Origin: Eledone cirrhosa | Lineage: Eukaryota | Length of the DNA stretch: 64,000 nt | Reading direction: 5' to 3' | Assembly (NCBI GenBank): GCA_964016885.1 | Contig: OZ024743.1 | Span: 156,798,001 to 156,862,000 of the forward strand | In this document: piece by piece, positions 38,978 to 54,126 of the stretch | How positions within the stretch are numbered: position 1 is the first letter of the stretch | Layout of the letters: the number at the start of each line of letters is the position of its first letter | Position numbers and translations under genes: made by a program | Notes under the pieces: generated by a model | Told to the model about the DNA's origin: nothing | What the model saw: the letters and a program-made list of their open reading frames with translations, nothing else | The model's database searches: none

Positions 38978-40208
38978 TTATTTTGTTTGCCTGTATCTGT
39001 GTGCTGTGTCTAAAAAATGGTTGTGGTAGAGGGGTTGTCTGGTGATGTTAAGTGGTCTCCTGTGTTTGTTATATTCCTTGTTGTTGTAAAATGTGGTTCG
39101 GGTTCGTGGTTGTAGATTGAATGGGGTGTTCCTGTATTGCGAGTATGGATGTGTGTTTCTATGTGCCATGTTGGATTGTGGTGGTGTAGGTGACCTACGT
39201 TGTTGGTTGTATCGTGTGTTGTGGGTTTGTTGTGTATTGTGGAAGCGAGAGTTGAGAAAATGGAAATTACCTTGCTGTCCCCTTGAAGCGGGGAGTTGTT
39301 ACATCTATATGTTTGACGATGAGGCATCCGCGTAGTAGTTGAGTGATTTTGTATGGTGTCTCCTTGAAGGGGGAAAGTTGTAAATGTCATTCTGGGGTGA
39401 TGATTTCTAGAGTTTATGTTCCTTCTTATCGTAGCGAAGTTGGGAAGTGCATCTTCCGTGTGGTGCTTCCTTCTTCTTTTGTTAGTGGCGGGGGGGGGGG
39501 GGGGCGAAGTTGTTGTGCGGTTCGGTTATGGGTTTTCCAATTTTTATGAACGGGTTATTGGAGGTGTAATCCGTTTAAAAAGTCGATTCATAGTTTAGGA
39601 ACCAAGCGGCACTTTTTTCCCAGCGTTGACGGGATTTCAGTTCTTCTCTGTTGCAGTCCCCTTTCCATAATTTAGAGATCTTCTCTGCCTTGGGGCCTTC
39701 AGTCTTATTGTTGATTTCCAGGAGGATCTCTTCATCGATGGTTTTGATTTTTTCCTCATTTGTCTGGGCCCTCAATTTAAGAAGTTCAATTTCTGTCTTC
39801 ATTTTTTACAATGCCATTCTTTCCCTAAGGTGTCTTTGAGGTTCGGGTCCATTTTTCATATAACTCCGCTTTGTTGTGATTTTATATCATCTTCCAGAAT
39901 GAGAACTTTCTGTTTCTGAGGGATGTGTTCCATTTTGGAATTGTTCGAATTTTCATTTTGTATAAATATATCTCACATTGTTCTTCGTTGGGTTTTCCTG
40001 GGTTGGTAGTAGTGAACATAGTTTGGATAGTATCGCAAAGGTTTTGAAGTTTATCGCCGATTTCGGAGGGTTTGTATCCGATGACGGTTTCCTCATTTGT
40101 GGAGTCAAGTTTGTCGACCAGCACAGATAGGTAGGTGTTAATTTTCTTGAGCTCCTGTAGAATCTCTTCATTTGTGTTGATAAGTGTTGTATCTGTTTTT
40201 GTTGGCAT
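38978..40208 (-). pseudogene. Upstream ORF1/N-terminal extension of the Neptune-like element (helical, then low complexity), frameshifted
   Basis: ATG 48 bp after the 5' pLTR; consecutive same-strand ORF pieces 39882-40208, 39575-39802, 39010-39390, 38978-39169. Confidence 0.6.
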
Positions 40209-40946
40209 TTTCTGTATCTCGTGTGAGGATATGCTATTTAAAAGAGTTATGATATATTGGTAAAAGGAAAAGAAAATGCTGACAAATTGTTCCCAGTGAA
40301 AAATAGTTTAATTAGGAATAAGTAAACATTAGTAATAAGTATTGGTTAGTATTCAGTTTTGGTTTTAAGTCTTTACCGGTTGCGCATTTCTAATGATTTT
40401 CAAAAATAATTTTGAGATAGAGCGCCCGTAATGTTTTCTCTAATCTGATTAGTTTTGGAAATTCTACCTGTTTTGTGTGAAAAAAGTGGCTCCAGATGTA
40501 TTAAAATAAGTTTCGCGCCAATTCGTGTTGCAAAAATTCGTGTGGTCAAAACAATTTTGATTGGTTGGTAGAGGTCATGTGAATGTTAAAAATTGATTTT
40601 GCGCCAAATGTAGCTTTGTCTCGGCTATTGAGATTTCACTGAAAAATAAGTATTTTAAGACAAATATTTGTGTGTGTGTGTGTGTGTGTGTGTAGTAGTA
40701 GTAAAGACGTTCATTGTTGTGATAATAGTCAGTAGGGATGTGTGTGTGAATTGCAGTCATGTTGACAGGTCAACAGTTCAGGTGCCTATTAAGAGAAGTG
40801 TGTGTGTGTGAGTGTTTAGCAGAGTAATTCGTGGTAGAGGGATCGGCCAGTAGGAATGTGTATAAATATGTATATATATATATATTGCAAAGTGAGGTTT
40901 TTTTTACAAAATGAAAAATAACCGAGGTGTCCTACACGTGTGAAAG

Positions 40947-41190
40947 TATAAAGAAAAAGAGATGAAATCGAAAATGCAACTGGAGTCTTATTTGTTTTTA
41001 AAATATATATATTTATTTGGTTCCTTTACCGGTTTCGCAGTTCTTCTGCTTTTCAAAAGGTGAGTTGAGATGGTGAGTTTTCACCTTTTGAAAAGCAGAA
41101 GAACTGCGAAACCGGTAAAGGAACCAAATAAATATATATATTTTTAAAAAAAATAAGACTCCAGTTGCATTTTTGATTTCATCTCTTTTT

Positions 41191-41197
<7 letters not shown>
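40947..41197. mobile_element. ORF-less fold-back (~117-bp arms) with two U3-A8 HHRs
   Basis: Arms are reverse complements around 41064-41080. Confidence 0.88.
41084..41121 (+). ncRNA. Minimal type I HHR, compensated U3-A8 core (mirror copy 41023-41060 on minus)
   Basis: CCTT TTGAAAA GCAG AAGAA CTGC GAAA CCGG TA AAGG. Confidence 0.72.
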
Positions 41198-41270
<73 letters not shown>

Positions 41271-41277
41271 AAATATG

Positions 41278-41314
<37 letters not shown>

Positions 41315-41345
41315 AGTGTAATTTACTACACAAAACGAAGGTTAT

Positions 41346-42778
<1,433 letters not shown>

Positions 42779-42968
42779 GTATATATATATGTAGAAGTTA
42801 TATTTAATTTGTTGGGATACAACAAGCAAATATTTTTATAACTGATATAAAGCACTCAACAAATTTTGGAGTAAAAATACAATATATTAATAAATGGAAA
42901 CTATATTTATAAAACCATAAAACTTTTAAGGGTATGTCAATATTTGTTTATAAAACTGATCTATATTA

Positions 42969-43033
42969 TACTTTATCTGATGAAAGCGCACCATAATTTG
43001 CTTTGGTGTCCTTGAAATATGTATAATGAAATA
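42969..43033 (+). ncRNA. Minimal type I HHR (family A)
   Basis: TTTAT CTGATGA AAGCGCACCA..TGGTGTCCTT GAAA TATGTA TA ATGAA. Confidence 0.7.
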
Positions 43034-43204
43034 AATATGATTTTATAAATATAGTTTCCATTTATTAATATATTATATATATATATATTTATATACTATT
43101 CTATTTTTTTATTTCAAACCGGCTCACTGTTTCAAAACATACTTACTTGTCATTTATATTCGCTAAGAATGTAGCTTCTAATTTGAATGGAAAGAGATGG
43201 GTGA

Positions 43205-43270
43205 TGTGTTGGAGTAATGGTAGCACAGTGGTCTGGATAAACAAAGATGTTGGTTCGATTTCCATGTACG
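43205..43270 (+). other. tRNA-like SINE head (A/B boxes), decayed
   Basis: TTGGAGTAATGGTAGCAC ... GGTTCGATTTCC. Confidence 0.45.
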
Positions 43271-43409
43271 TCAATACTCATCTTTTTCCATTCATCTGAG
43301 GTTCTAAACCCCATTATCAGGTTAAAATGTATTTAGTCAAAAATACGGAGAAAGCTATCCTATTTTCTAATTTCAAATCTGCTCACTGTTTCAAAACATA
43401 CTTACATGT

Positions 43410-43444
<35 letters not shown>

Positions 43445-44059
43445 CAAAGCAATTTCCGAAACACTGAATTGTGTGCGATATCTATTAGCGCACGTGTCTT
43501 TGGAACCCAGCTTGTCTCGATATCCTATGCCGCTAAAAATAGCAGCCTGGTTAACAGGACATTAAAATTAGCTCTACATGATCGAGCCGACAAATATATA
43601 GTGAGTTAGAAACTCAGAGAAGTCTCTTACAATTAAATAGCTTAATTTACTACTGAATTTACTACTTAAAATTAAGTCTGACAAACCATATTGCTGTAGT
43701 TAGTATTTTTTCACCCTCGCAACCCTAGACCTTACGATTCGAACACATGTATGTTTATCTCTCACTTATGGAAGAATACAGGATATCATATTTAATTTCT
43801 AAATCAATTGACAATCAAAGAATGTACTTCAATTAATTTTTATAATATCTACACACGTTTGAACTTCAATATTACCATTTAACTCTAAAGAATCGCACAT
43901 ACAAAGGTATTAATTGTTTGTGCAAAACAGGCTTCATTTCCTTAAGCATCAGACGATCAGTTATTAATAAAGGCAGATTTAAAACAGTTTATATTTGAGA
44001 GAAATAAAGGCATTGCTTACTTACCAAACATTAATTTACCAGGGAGAAATTATTTTTTT

Positions 44060-44315
44060 TTAATATATGTATGGTATTAATTTAAACAGGCAAACTACGC
44101 TTGCTCGTCATATATGGGATGTGAAAAGCTCAAATATCTCGTACTACCACGTGGTCTCAACATTACAAAATCCTACGAGCCAGGAAATGAAAATGCAATT
44201 TGTGTTTAACCAGTGCATCTTGATAACTAAGTTTAATCTAGGTTTATTCAGCAGGATGTCAGGCATAGTGTCTAGATACACACTTAGAAAGTATTATAAA
44301 TGTAACCAAACATAA
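44060..44315 (+). mobile_element. Old PLE GIY-YIG C-terminal fragment
   Basis: QTTLARHIWDVKSSNISY matches T-L---IW-LK-----Y of the other PLE endonucleases in this window. Confidence 0.6.
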
Positions 44316-46199
44316 TGAATAATCTAATACTTTACCGAAGAGCATAACACAATACCTGAAAAAAAACTGGGAAACAAACAGCAAATATCCAGTTGAAATG
44401 CATCCTATACATTATCAAGTGTTGTCATTCAATACGTATTTCTTATATAGGCACAATTTTGCATTTTGGAGCACGTTTTACTTGTATAACGATCTCAGTA
44501 ATTAATTTACTGGTACTAATTCGAGTTGACAAACAAGCGTCCATATGATTGTCAACTGGCAAGAAAAAGCACCCAAATCATCCCTATATACATCACTACC
44601 CTCTTAACAGTGAGCTAATTTAATAATAGATACATTATGCCTGACCACACAACATGGAGTTACCACGACAGCAACATATTTTATCAGAGATTTGCTTCAA
44701 TACGACTTGCTTAGAAAAAAAAAAGACTTGTTATATTATCGATGCCAGGGGGAATATAGACGAGGCCGGCTTCGGTGAGAGTTGAACATAGAGACGTAAC
44801 TAAATAAGTAAGTTATTTTGTCCAAGAAATTCATTGATTCTCGCAATAATGGGGAATATCTTTTGAGTACGTACGGAAGGGTAATTTACGAGGAGATGGT
44901 TACATTTTTTTGACGTTACTCCTGTGTATTGAACAGTGGAAGATAAATTCTGTACTAGAAATATTGAATTCATAATATTGGATACCGCATGTTTTCAATT
45001 TAGCATTTTGTCATAGGAGAATGCAGATGGCTATTTTTATAGGCTATCGCACGGCTTGTTTCCTCATTGAATCGTGATAGAAGTAGTATAATATTAAGGT
45101 AAAAACTGTATACTATTTAATTTCATTCCGATACAATTTTATTTCAAAATGGGCTAGATACATTTTTGTCCTTCCCCACTCCATGAAATCAATTGAATAT
45201 CTACCAGTTATATAGCAGAGTTAATTCATTTTACTTGTTCTCATCTTCTGCAGACATTGTTCGTACGTTTAGTATGTGCTGAAATCAATTTAGTTTATAT
45301 TCTATTAGAGTCATAACATGTTGAACCCTTACGTGCAATTGGCATCACCATAATCATCACCATTAGCCTTCTCATCATGATCATCATCATCATCCTCTTC
45401 GTCATCATCATTAGCATCATCAGCATCAGCATCATTATAATCGTCAACATCACTTATAACTGTAAAACTGTCGTTGCTGTTGCTGTGATAGTCGTTATAG
45501 TTTCATTTCATGTTTCAATTAACCTTATCTTAGTAAAACCTAATTATTCATGGTATGATGAAAGGAACTCAATTAATCGTTGCCAATCTTCAACCATACC
45601 TTTCAATTTAATGGCACAATTAGTGCGCTTCATTCAGTTATATTGTATTTTATCGTTTTCACATTTAGTTGTAATAATTTTCAATTTCTTATTTTTCTTC
45701 TACTTCTTGATAATTTAATTTTGTTTTAATGTCTTGCTATTTTGCTTCTTTATTTTTGTGTAATTTATGATATTATTTTGTTAATTATGTAAAGATGATG
45801 GTGAATTTACAGAAATAAAATGCTCTGCACCGAATACCATTTATGGTTTCCAATTAACTGCGTTCAAATCCGACCCAAGGTTAGTATTTCCTGGATCAAT
45901 ACTATATGTCGTAGATGTTTTATTATTGTTGTTAGAATTTTTGCTGTAGTGGTTGTGGTGGTGACATTGACAGTGCTTGTTATGCTCGACTAAACAGGCC
46001 TAAGCACAAAAGCACGAATATTTCGTTCTTCTTTTGGGTATATCATATTCAAGACTAGATTTTCCAATGTCAGCGTATTTGTTCAAGATAGACAGAGAGA
46101 GAAAATAAAATGCGCTAATGAATGCTTATACGTGCAACACAATGCTGATTGAAGAATCGTCTATCGTCATATTATATGCAAACCAGAATGTGTATCTAT

Positions 46200-46790
46200 A
46201 AAACAGCTGCACTGCCCCATTTCTTTCATATTAACCCTTCTGTGCTTGATTTAGAAACGCGAGGCCATTTTCTTACTATAGAAACAACAACATTTAATAT
46301 AAAGTACCTGTATGTATGAGTTTGGAAAAAACAATTTAAGGAAGGTTTTGATCATAAAGCTTTCCTAAGATTTTGAAAAGTGACATGAAGCTATGGTGAA
46401 AAGAATAATCGGTGTGTTTCTTCAAGATATCATCAAGTTAATGGATACCAAAACTGGATGATGGATGGGATTTCTCATAAAATAATAAAAGTGAATTCAA
46501 CACGTTGTATAGGGTATCATTATATAAATGTAAACAAGCATACAACTCCTGGAAATATTCCAACTATTTCTCGAAAATATCCCGGAAATTGAATAATTGG
46601 TCAGTTGTGCTAAGTCTGGGGTAAAAACTATGTTGGTCGTCAGTCAAATTGTACTTGATGATATCCCTCATCTCTTTGCCAGGCACTTACCCTAGACCTA
46701 CTGGGAAGCTTAGAATAGAGATTGTTCTATAATTAGAGCAATCCCTCTTGTATCCTCTTCTGAAAATTGGCATTATTGCCAAATACTCAA
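46200..46790 (-). mobile_element. Old RTE-type RT fragment
   Basis: Manual translation AIMPIFRRGYKRDCSNYRTISILS..DDQHSFYPRLSTTDQLFNFRDIFEK. Confidence 0.75.
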
Positions 46791-47149
46791 AAAAGTATCC
46801 GGAAGGGTGCAAACGTTAGCAATCGGCAACTAAAATGTTGCAACTCTTACAAGTAAATAAACAAACTAGTGTAGGAAAAAAATGTTTTGTGTATATTTGA
46901 TCGGAGTTTCCTGAACAAAGATCCACGATTTTGGTACCATATATCTGGAATGGGGATGTAAATTCCATCAATCAGGTGTGGTGCTCGAAATGACAGTACA
47001 AGCTGGAGTTGGAATACTAACAGGACACTTGCTGCCAGGATTTGTTATAGCGAGCTTCCCATTAAGAGGGCATTGTCTCATGAAGCTTAAACTGAAAGTT
47101 CGAATACAGGTCCTACATTGATTATGTCACAACAAAATTAGATAAAGTT

Positions 47150-47945
47150 AAGACTGGGTGATATATTTTAATAGGAGACTCCAATGCTTATGTTGTACCT
47201 GATTACCTGAAGTGATTGGAACGAGCGGTGACACAGATCTAAATGCGAATTGAGTGGCCTTAATAGATATACGTTCTAGTAATGCGCTCTTTGTTAAGGT
47301 TTTGTCATTGTTTTTGCATTTCAAAAACACCGACAAAAACATAACAGTTAGGATAGAAACTAAGGAAAGAAACCTCGGCAATCTTAGAATTAAGGAAGCA
47401 CTAATTAGAGACAAAACGCCACCACCAATCAATAATAGACTAGAACTCAACACCGAATTTATAACTTGATAGAGCATCTAGCCCCATGCTTAAACCCCCC
47501 CCACACACACACGCAGACACACACACATACACACACACAAAGACTAGTTCTAACACGAGAGAACATCTATCCCTCACATTTACGTATAGACATATTTTCT
47601 CACACTCACACACACACACACACACATACTTACACATTCACGCATTCTCCCACAAACTTAAACAGACATGTAAAAAAAAACCTTTTAAAGGAAGACTACT
47701 CTTTATCCACCTAACATTAACTCTATACCATTCCCTGTCAGCACGACTTGGCAAGCTGACAGGAACACTGGTTTAACCGCTTTACTTCCATCCGAAGAAG
47801 AGATAGTATCTCGAAAATTAAGGACATTTAAATAAAGCTAAGTTAAAAGACTAATTGTCAACAATATCTTTTGCATTTGCATTTTTCTTTTTAATTCTAT
47901 TTCCATACCTGCATTGTTTGGCTTTACAAATTCAAACGTTTATCT
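47150..47945 (+). mobile_element. PLE 3' end (GIY-YIG C-terminus, CA tract, pLTR with U4C HHR at 47787-47824)
   Basis: LHFK..RIETKERNLGNLRIKEALIRDKTPPPINNRLE; CCGAAGA AGAGATAGTATCTC GAAA ATTA AGGA. Confidence 0.75.
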
Positions 47946-48077
47946 ATATATATATATATATATGTATGTATATATATATATATATATATATGTAAGTATG
48001 TATGTATACGTACATACATATATGTATACAGACGTACAGTAGCATGCATATATATATATATATATATACATACAGGT

Positions 48078-48122
48078 AACGGTGCTGACGATAGCTAACA
48101 AGCTTGAAACTAGTACATCGTT
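48078..48122 (+). ncRNA. Minimal type I HHR (family R)
   Basis: AACGGTG CTGACGA T AGC TAACAA GCT T GAAA CTAG TA CATCGTT. Confidence 0.82.
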
Positions 48123-48271
48123 CCTGTGTCAGTGTTGAACAAAAAGGTGACGTGGTTGCCTTAACACCGTATGGCATAAATTCAGGCTATTCAGTTTGTT
48201 GACAAACGAACAAAGCGGCGTTATAATAAGCGTCCGCTAAACTGATGCGTGCATATATGTATGTGTACCTG

Positions 48272-48355
<84 letters not shown>

Positions 48356-48589
48356 TGCTACTGTACGTCTGTATACATATATGTATGTACGTATACATAC
48401 ATACTTACATTTAAGTAAGTGCCATACTAAGAGTGAGAAATGAAATTTCGTTTTCATTTTTTTCAACTTATCCTTTTCGGTATGCCTGACCGATTTAACT
48501 CACTCAATATGCAAATCAGGCTGCTCAGCCGTTAATTTTCATAAGGAAAGTATATACTTTCGAACGTTCAACTATCTGGCAGATGGGTA

Positions 48590-48634
48590 AACGGTGCTGA
48601 CGATAGCTAACAAGCTTGAAACTAGTACATCGTT
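48590..48634 (+). ncRNA. Minimal type I HHR (family R), second monomer
   Basis: Identical to 48078-48122. Confidence 0.82.
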
Positions 48635-48783
48635 CCTGTGTCAGTGTTGAACAAAAAGGTGACGTGGTTGCCTTAACACCGTATGGCATAAATTCAGGCT
48701 ATTCAGTTTGTTGACAAACGAACAAAGCGGCGTTATAATAAGCGTCCGCTAAACTGATGCGTGCATATATGTATGTGTACCTG

Positions 48784-48883
<100 letters not shown>

Positions 48884-48994
48884 TGCTACTGTACGTCTGT
48901 ATACATATATGTATGTACGTATACATACATACTTACATTTAAGTAAGTGCCATACTAAGAGTGAGAAATGAAATTTCGTTTTCATTTTTTTCAA

Positions 48995-49027
<33 letters not shown>

Positions 49028-49231
49028 TAGGTTGAGATATATATATATATCATAGGTTGAGATACAATTTTGGCTGTATTGTGCTGCGCTTTCTAGCAAA
49101 AGGCCACCAGCCGTAAGCAACTAATCACATTCTTTCTAACCTGACCGCTGCTACGTCACGATTCTTAGCCACTTTTGAATGTATTCTTGGCACGATCACT
49201 TTGGAAAATTTATTGTCTAAATTTGAGCTAA

Positions 49232-49305
49232 CTCCTGAAGAGTCCGGTTATCTAGATGTCCGATGTTATCGGATATCTTAAAATGCGGACAAAATCATGG
49301 TAGAG
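49232..49305 (+). ncRNA. HHR with long stem II, G12>A (likely inactive)
   Basis: CTC CTGAAGA GTCCG...CGGAC AAAA TCATGG TA GAG. Confidence 0.5.
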
Positions 49306-49650
49306 GTAACTAATTATGTTCACTTTTCTCCTAGTTTATTTTACACCTAATTCTGTTTAGTTGACTGTATATCTGAGCGATTTATACACGCTGTCGAAAT
49401 ACTCGATAAATGGTCCGTCGCAATCGACGCGAAGGGCTGCTTTTGGTTATGTGTCGGAGACTTCTTCGTAGAAGCCTTTATTCTTATAGCTTTGTCTAAT
49501 CGATTTTTTTTTATATGGTTAATTGTGCTAATTGGGAGAGGAAATGGTATATATTTTATCTGGTGATTCTATAGACGTGTTTTATGATATATAGCTGTGA
49601 TTATTTAATTTATTAACTCTTCATTGAGCCACAAAGTGACCCGTTGCAAA

Positions 49651-49694
<44 letters not shown>

Positions 49695-49701
<7 letters not shown>

Positions 49702-50545
49702 AAAGAATAGAGGTGTAACACACAAGTTATTATATATTGGTAAACGGAATAGAAACTGCTGACAAATTGTTCACAGTTGAAAAATGGTTTAATTAGGAAT
49801 AAAAGAGTATTAGTGATTGTATGGGTTAGTATTCAGTTGTGGTTTTAAGTTTTTAAGTTTTTACCGGTTGCGCATTTCTAAATGCTTTTCAAAAATAATT
49901 TTGAGATAGAGTGTCCGAGCTGACCCATTCACACAAGTCACCCACCTTTTTAAAAAATGTTCTGGTGGGGCAACAATTCTCATTCCACCCTTATCTTTCT
50001 TTCCTAGTGGAACTTGTAAAAGTTGACGAGGGGTTGACTGAAGAGGAAAGTGTCTGTCTTCAGACCTTTCAGTCACGTTCACCACACAACCTCTTTCGCT
50101 ACAAGTATCAGACAGGAAAACTGTTATAAAAACAAATAAACAAACTAATATTGGTAAACGGAATAGAAAATGCTGACAAATTGTTCACAGTTGAAAAATG
50201 GTTTAATTAGGAATAAAAGAGTATTAGTGATTGTATGGGTTAGTATTCAGTTGTAGTTTTAAGTTTTTAAGTTTTTACCGGTTGCGCATTTCTAAATGCT
50301 TTTCAAAAATAATTTTGAGATAGAGTGTCCGTGCTGTTTGCTCTGATCTGAGCAAACAGCACGGACACTCTATCTCAAAATTATTTTTGAAAAGCATTTA
50401 GAAATGCGCAACCGGTAAAAATTTAAAAACTTAAAACCACAACTGAATACTAACCCATACAATCACTAATACTCTTTTATTCCTAATTAAACCATTTTGC
50501 AACTGTGAACAATTTGTCAGCATTTTCTATTCCGTTTACCAATAT
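49695..50545. mobile_element. Neptune-pLTR-derived element: one direct arm (49735-49918) plus a ~395-bp palindrome (50149-50545)
   Basis: Arms are homologous to pLTR ends at 35474 and 40256; centre gtttgctctgatctgagcaaac. Confidence 0.88.
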
Positions 50546-50707
50546 ATATATATATAATAAATACAATATAGGAGAAAGCTTTTTAGCGATACTCCGGACA
50601 AATTCCAACTCACTCAACAGACATTAGGAAATAAGTGATTATATTCCCAATTATGTGTTCGCGGTGCTAACTAAAAGTATTGCGTGGAAAATTGGCTGTA
50701 TTATTTC

Positions 50708-50898
50708 AAAGGCGGTGGATTGGCCGTATCGGTAGAGGGTCGGACGCCATGCTTTCCAGCATAGTTACGTCCCTTTACCATCTGAGTTCAAATCCCGCCG
50801 AGGTTGACTTTGCCTTTCATCCTTACGGGGTCGATAAAATAAAGTACCAGTAATGCACTGGTAATTGCTGGCCTTGTGCCTAAAGTAGAAACAATTAT
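50708..50898 (+). mobile_element. tRNA/Nin-domain SINE
   Basis: aaggcggtggattggccg..gagttcaaatcccgccgaggttgactttgcctttcatccttacggggtcgataaaat. Confidence 0.85.
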
Positions 50899-50928
50899 TT
50901 CAAATGACATATATCTAATATATCTCTT

Positions 50929-51055
50929 CCCAGACAGACGTCTCGTTTCATTATAGGATTCCTACAATTTGGGTGAAATTATACCAATTTATGTAGGAGC
51001 TTGTATACCATCAATAGATATATATTCAAGTGGGCTCCTATAAATCATCAGTTGG
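50929..51055 (-). ncRNA. Type I HHR with branched stem II, diverged relative of 27841/28574
   Basis: CTGATGA T TTATAGG...CCTATAA T GAAA CGAGACG TC; helix I imperfect. Confidence 0.62.
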
Positions 51056-51438
51056 TGCCCCAATACTACTAATATTGATAATCTAACCAACATCAGCATT
51101 TAGCGATAATCACTTTCTGTGCCTGAGGTATCTGTCAGGTTGCCAGTCCAGCAGTTCTGAATGAAGTGCTCGAACTGATTCAAAAAATGAGGAAGTGAAT
51201 TACCGCAAAAAAAAACAATACATGCGCGTGACAATGAACTCTGAAAGGAATTCAGGCCACGTGCTAAGAACTCAATTGGAAATTGAAAAAATATCTATGT
51301 GTGTACAACATTTGATGACACACAGACATTCTCTCGGGCAAAGTAACAGAATGAGATATAAGGAACAATCAATATTCATATATAAAAAATAAACAAAGAA
51401 ATGCTAACCTTATACCGGGAATTTTTTTCATATCAGCC

Positions 51439-51478
<40 letters not shown>

Positions 51479-51704
51479 CTTTATAAGTATATATATATAT
51501 ATATATATATATAAGCAGAAGGGATATTCAATGTGTTCGTAATTCAACAAATATAAATGTTTATAAATGATTCAGAACACTCGACAACTTTTCTGGAGTA
51601 TAATATTCAATGACATTAAATAAATGGAAACTATATTTATAAAACCATATTTATTATATTAGAATAAATATGGTTTATAAATATACTTTCCATTAAATTA
51701 ATAT

Positions 51705-51825
<121 letters not shown>

Positions 51826-52259
51826 TATATGTGTGTGTGTTTTTGTGCACATGTATATATATTTACAACTTACTATACAATTTCATTACCAATTTAGTTA
51901 ATGAATTGTTTATAAATTTAAATACTTTTGTGTTGCATCTCTGTTGCTCTATGCACGATTGCATTGCTAGACGAGTTGGGCATCTGTACGTTTACAATAG
52001 CACCGTCTGATAAAATATAGTATACGAAAAACGTGCTTGAGACCTCTGGATATGTATATTTATGTAGGTGTGGTATACTCCAGAATAAGTATTTGAGCTT
52101 CGAACAAAATACTTTCTGGTATTTCAATGACTTCCATTATAATCAAGTATATTTTGAAGCCCATCCCATAAGATCAATGAATAAAGTACTAAGAAATTAA
52201 TGGAGGTCGGCAAAATCAACTGAAGTATGTGGTGATGGGGTAGTAGAATTAAATAGTTC

Positions 52260-53345
52260 CTACGGAATATTGTGTACTGTGAGTATTTGCTTTTATGGTT
52301 TAGTCAGCTTAAAAGTAAGAACCGCATCACTTTATTTATCATCACTATGTCCCTGGCTCCATGTCAACAGCAAAGCACTGATAATAATTTCATCATTGTG
52401 CCGTTCAATTCCATCTTCTTCAACACGTTCCCAAGCATTGAATGTAATACAGGGTCAAATGCCAATTTAGAAACGTCAAATACTAAATACAGAGGCACAT
52501 TAAACAACCTTGCTTTTTCCATGATAATTCTCATATTGATAATCTGATCTCTGGTTTCCACCTTCCTTCTGAAACCCATTTGTTCGTCCGTACACTGTTA
52601 TTCTACCGTTCTATGCCCTAAGATAATCAGCAAGTGTATCTTGCTGTTGTATCTTGTATCTTGTATCTTGTATCTTGTTGTATCAGTAAGCGCATCCTGT
52701 TAGTGAGAGCAATCTACGGTGTTCTGTACATTTCGTTGTTCCAACCATCTTTGGTATGGGAATAAAAACTGCCTTCTTCCCATCAGCAAGCCACTCGCCT
52801 GTTTCTACAATTCTATTGCATAGTCGGCACAATATCTTAATCATTGTTTCGTTGTCTGTCTTTAAAGGCTGTGCAGGCAAGTCATCGATACAAGAGGGAT
52901 TTATTTTTAGGCATCCTATTCAAAGACTCCTTGAATTCTAATACCAGAATGGATGGAAATTCTTCCCTCCCACATCGACTTGTTGGTTAACTACATCCCC
53001 ATCCTTCCGATACAAACTTTCACCATACTCCTTCCACCTGTTAAGAATGTCCTGAAGATCAGTCAGGACCTTTACTTCATCATACCCAATGTTTTTCATG
53101 GAAGCCCCTTTTTAATGACTTCATGACACTGTAGGCTTTCCGTATATTATATTGCTGCACTGCATCCTCAATCTCACCACACTGCGCTTTCAGCCATCTT
53201 GCCTTGTCCTGTCTGGCTTCTCACTGAACTGATTTATCCAATTCCTGGTACTTTGCTTCATTAAACTCGGAATTCGCGCTGGTGCATTGGAGTATTTTGC
53301 GCTCCTCCATCAGATGGCGAGTGGATTTAATGGTACACTTGGATT
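52260..53345 (-). mobile_element. Decayed RTE (BovB-like) RT fragment
   Basis: LCNRIVETGEW..AVFIPIPK..KCTEHR; MGFRRKVETRDQIINMRIIMEKARLFNVPLYLVFDVSKLAFD. Confidence 0.85.
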
Positions 53346-53357
53346 TAAATGTGTGAC

Positions 53358-53453
<96 letters not shown>

Positions 53454-53724
53454 CCATACACTGTTGGTTTCCCTGTTTTATTTATGGCACACGCTCTCTC
53501 TCTCTCTCTCTCTCTCTCCCTCTCTCTATCTATCTATCTATCTATACATCTATCTATTTATCTATCTATCTATCTATCACTCTCTCTCAATAGTGCGTAA
53601 CGCTTTCTACAAATTGTATTTTAAAGAGCTCAGGATTCCTTTCCCTTTGAGCACATAATTTACAGGGAATAACGAGAGTCAATGGCTCCGTTAATTCATC
53701 TTGATTCATATATTTATATATAAA

Positions 53725-53772
<48 letters not shown>

Positions 53773-53975
53773 TTTAGTGTTACTGGGGAGAACGGCCGAT
53801 TGAACAGTCTTTTCGAGACTAGAAATAGGTAGTAACTTAACCACTAATATGCTAATTGACACATCGACTACCATCGATCAATTGACCCTCTGAAACTATC
53901 GTAACACTATGGTATAACTCTCTACCTAAACATGAATTATGTTTTTATTGTTCAAACGCATATATCATATATACG

Positions 53976-54126
<151 letters not shown>

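Larger units (their letters stand above)
35474..40862 (-). mobile_element. Near full-length Neptune-like PLE with two direct pLTRs (40256-40862 and 35474-36075), flanked by (TA)n
   Basis: ~600-bp direct repeats at both ends; upstream coding region 40208-38978; RT/GIY-YIG ORF pieces from about 38950 to 36700. Confidence 0.93.

Noticed and set aside
50030-50076. CTGAAGA within the hairpin gactgaagagg..cctttcagtc
   Set aside because: The core is sequestered in a stem and there is no hammerhead three-helix arrangement
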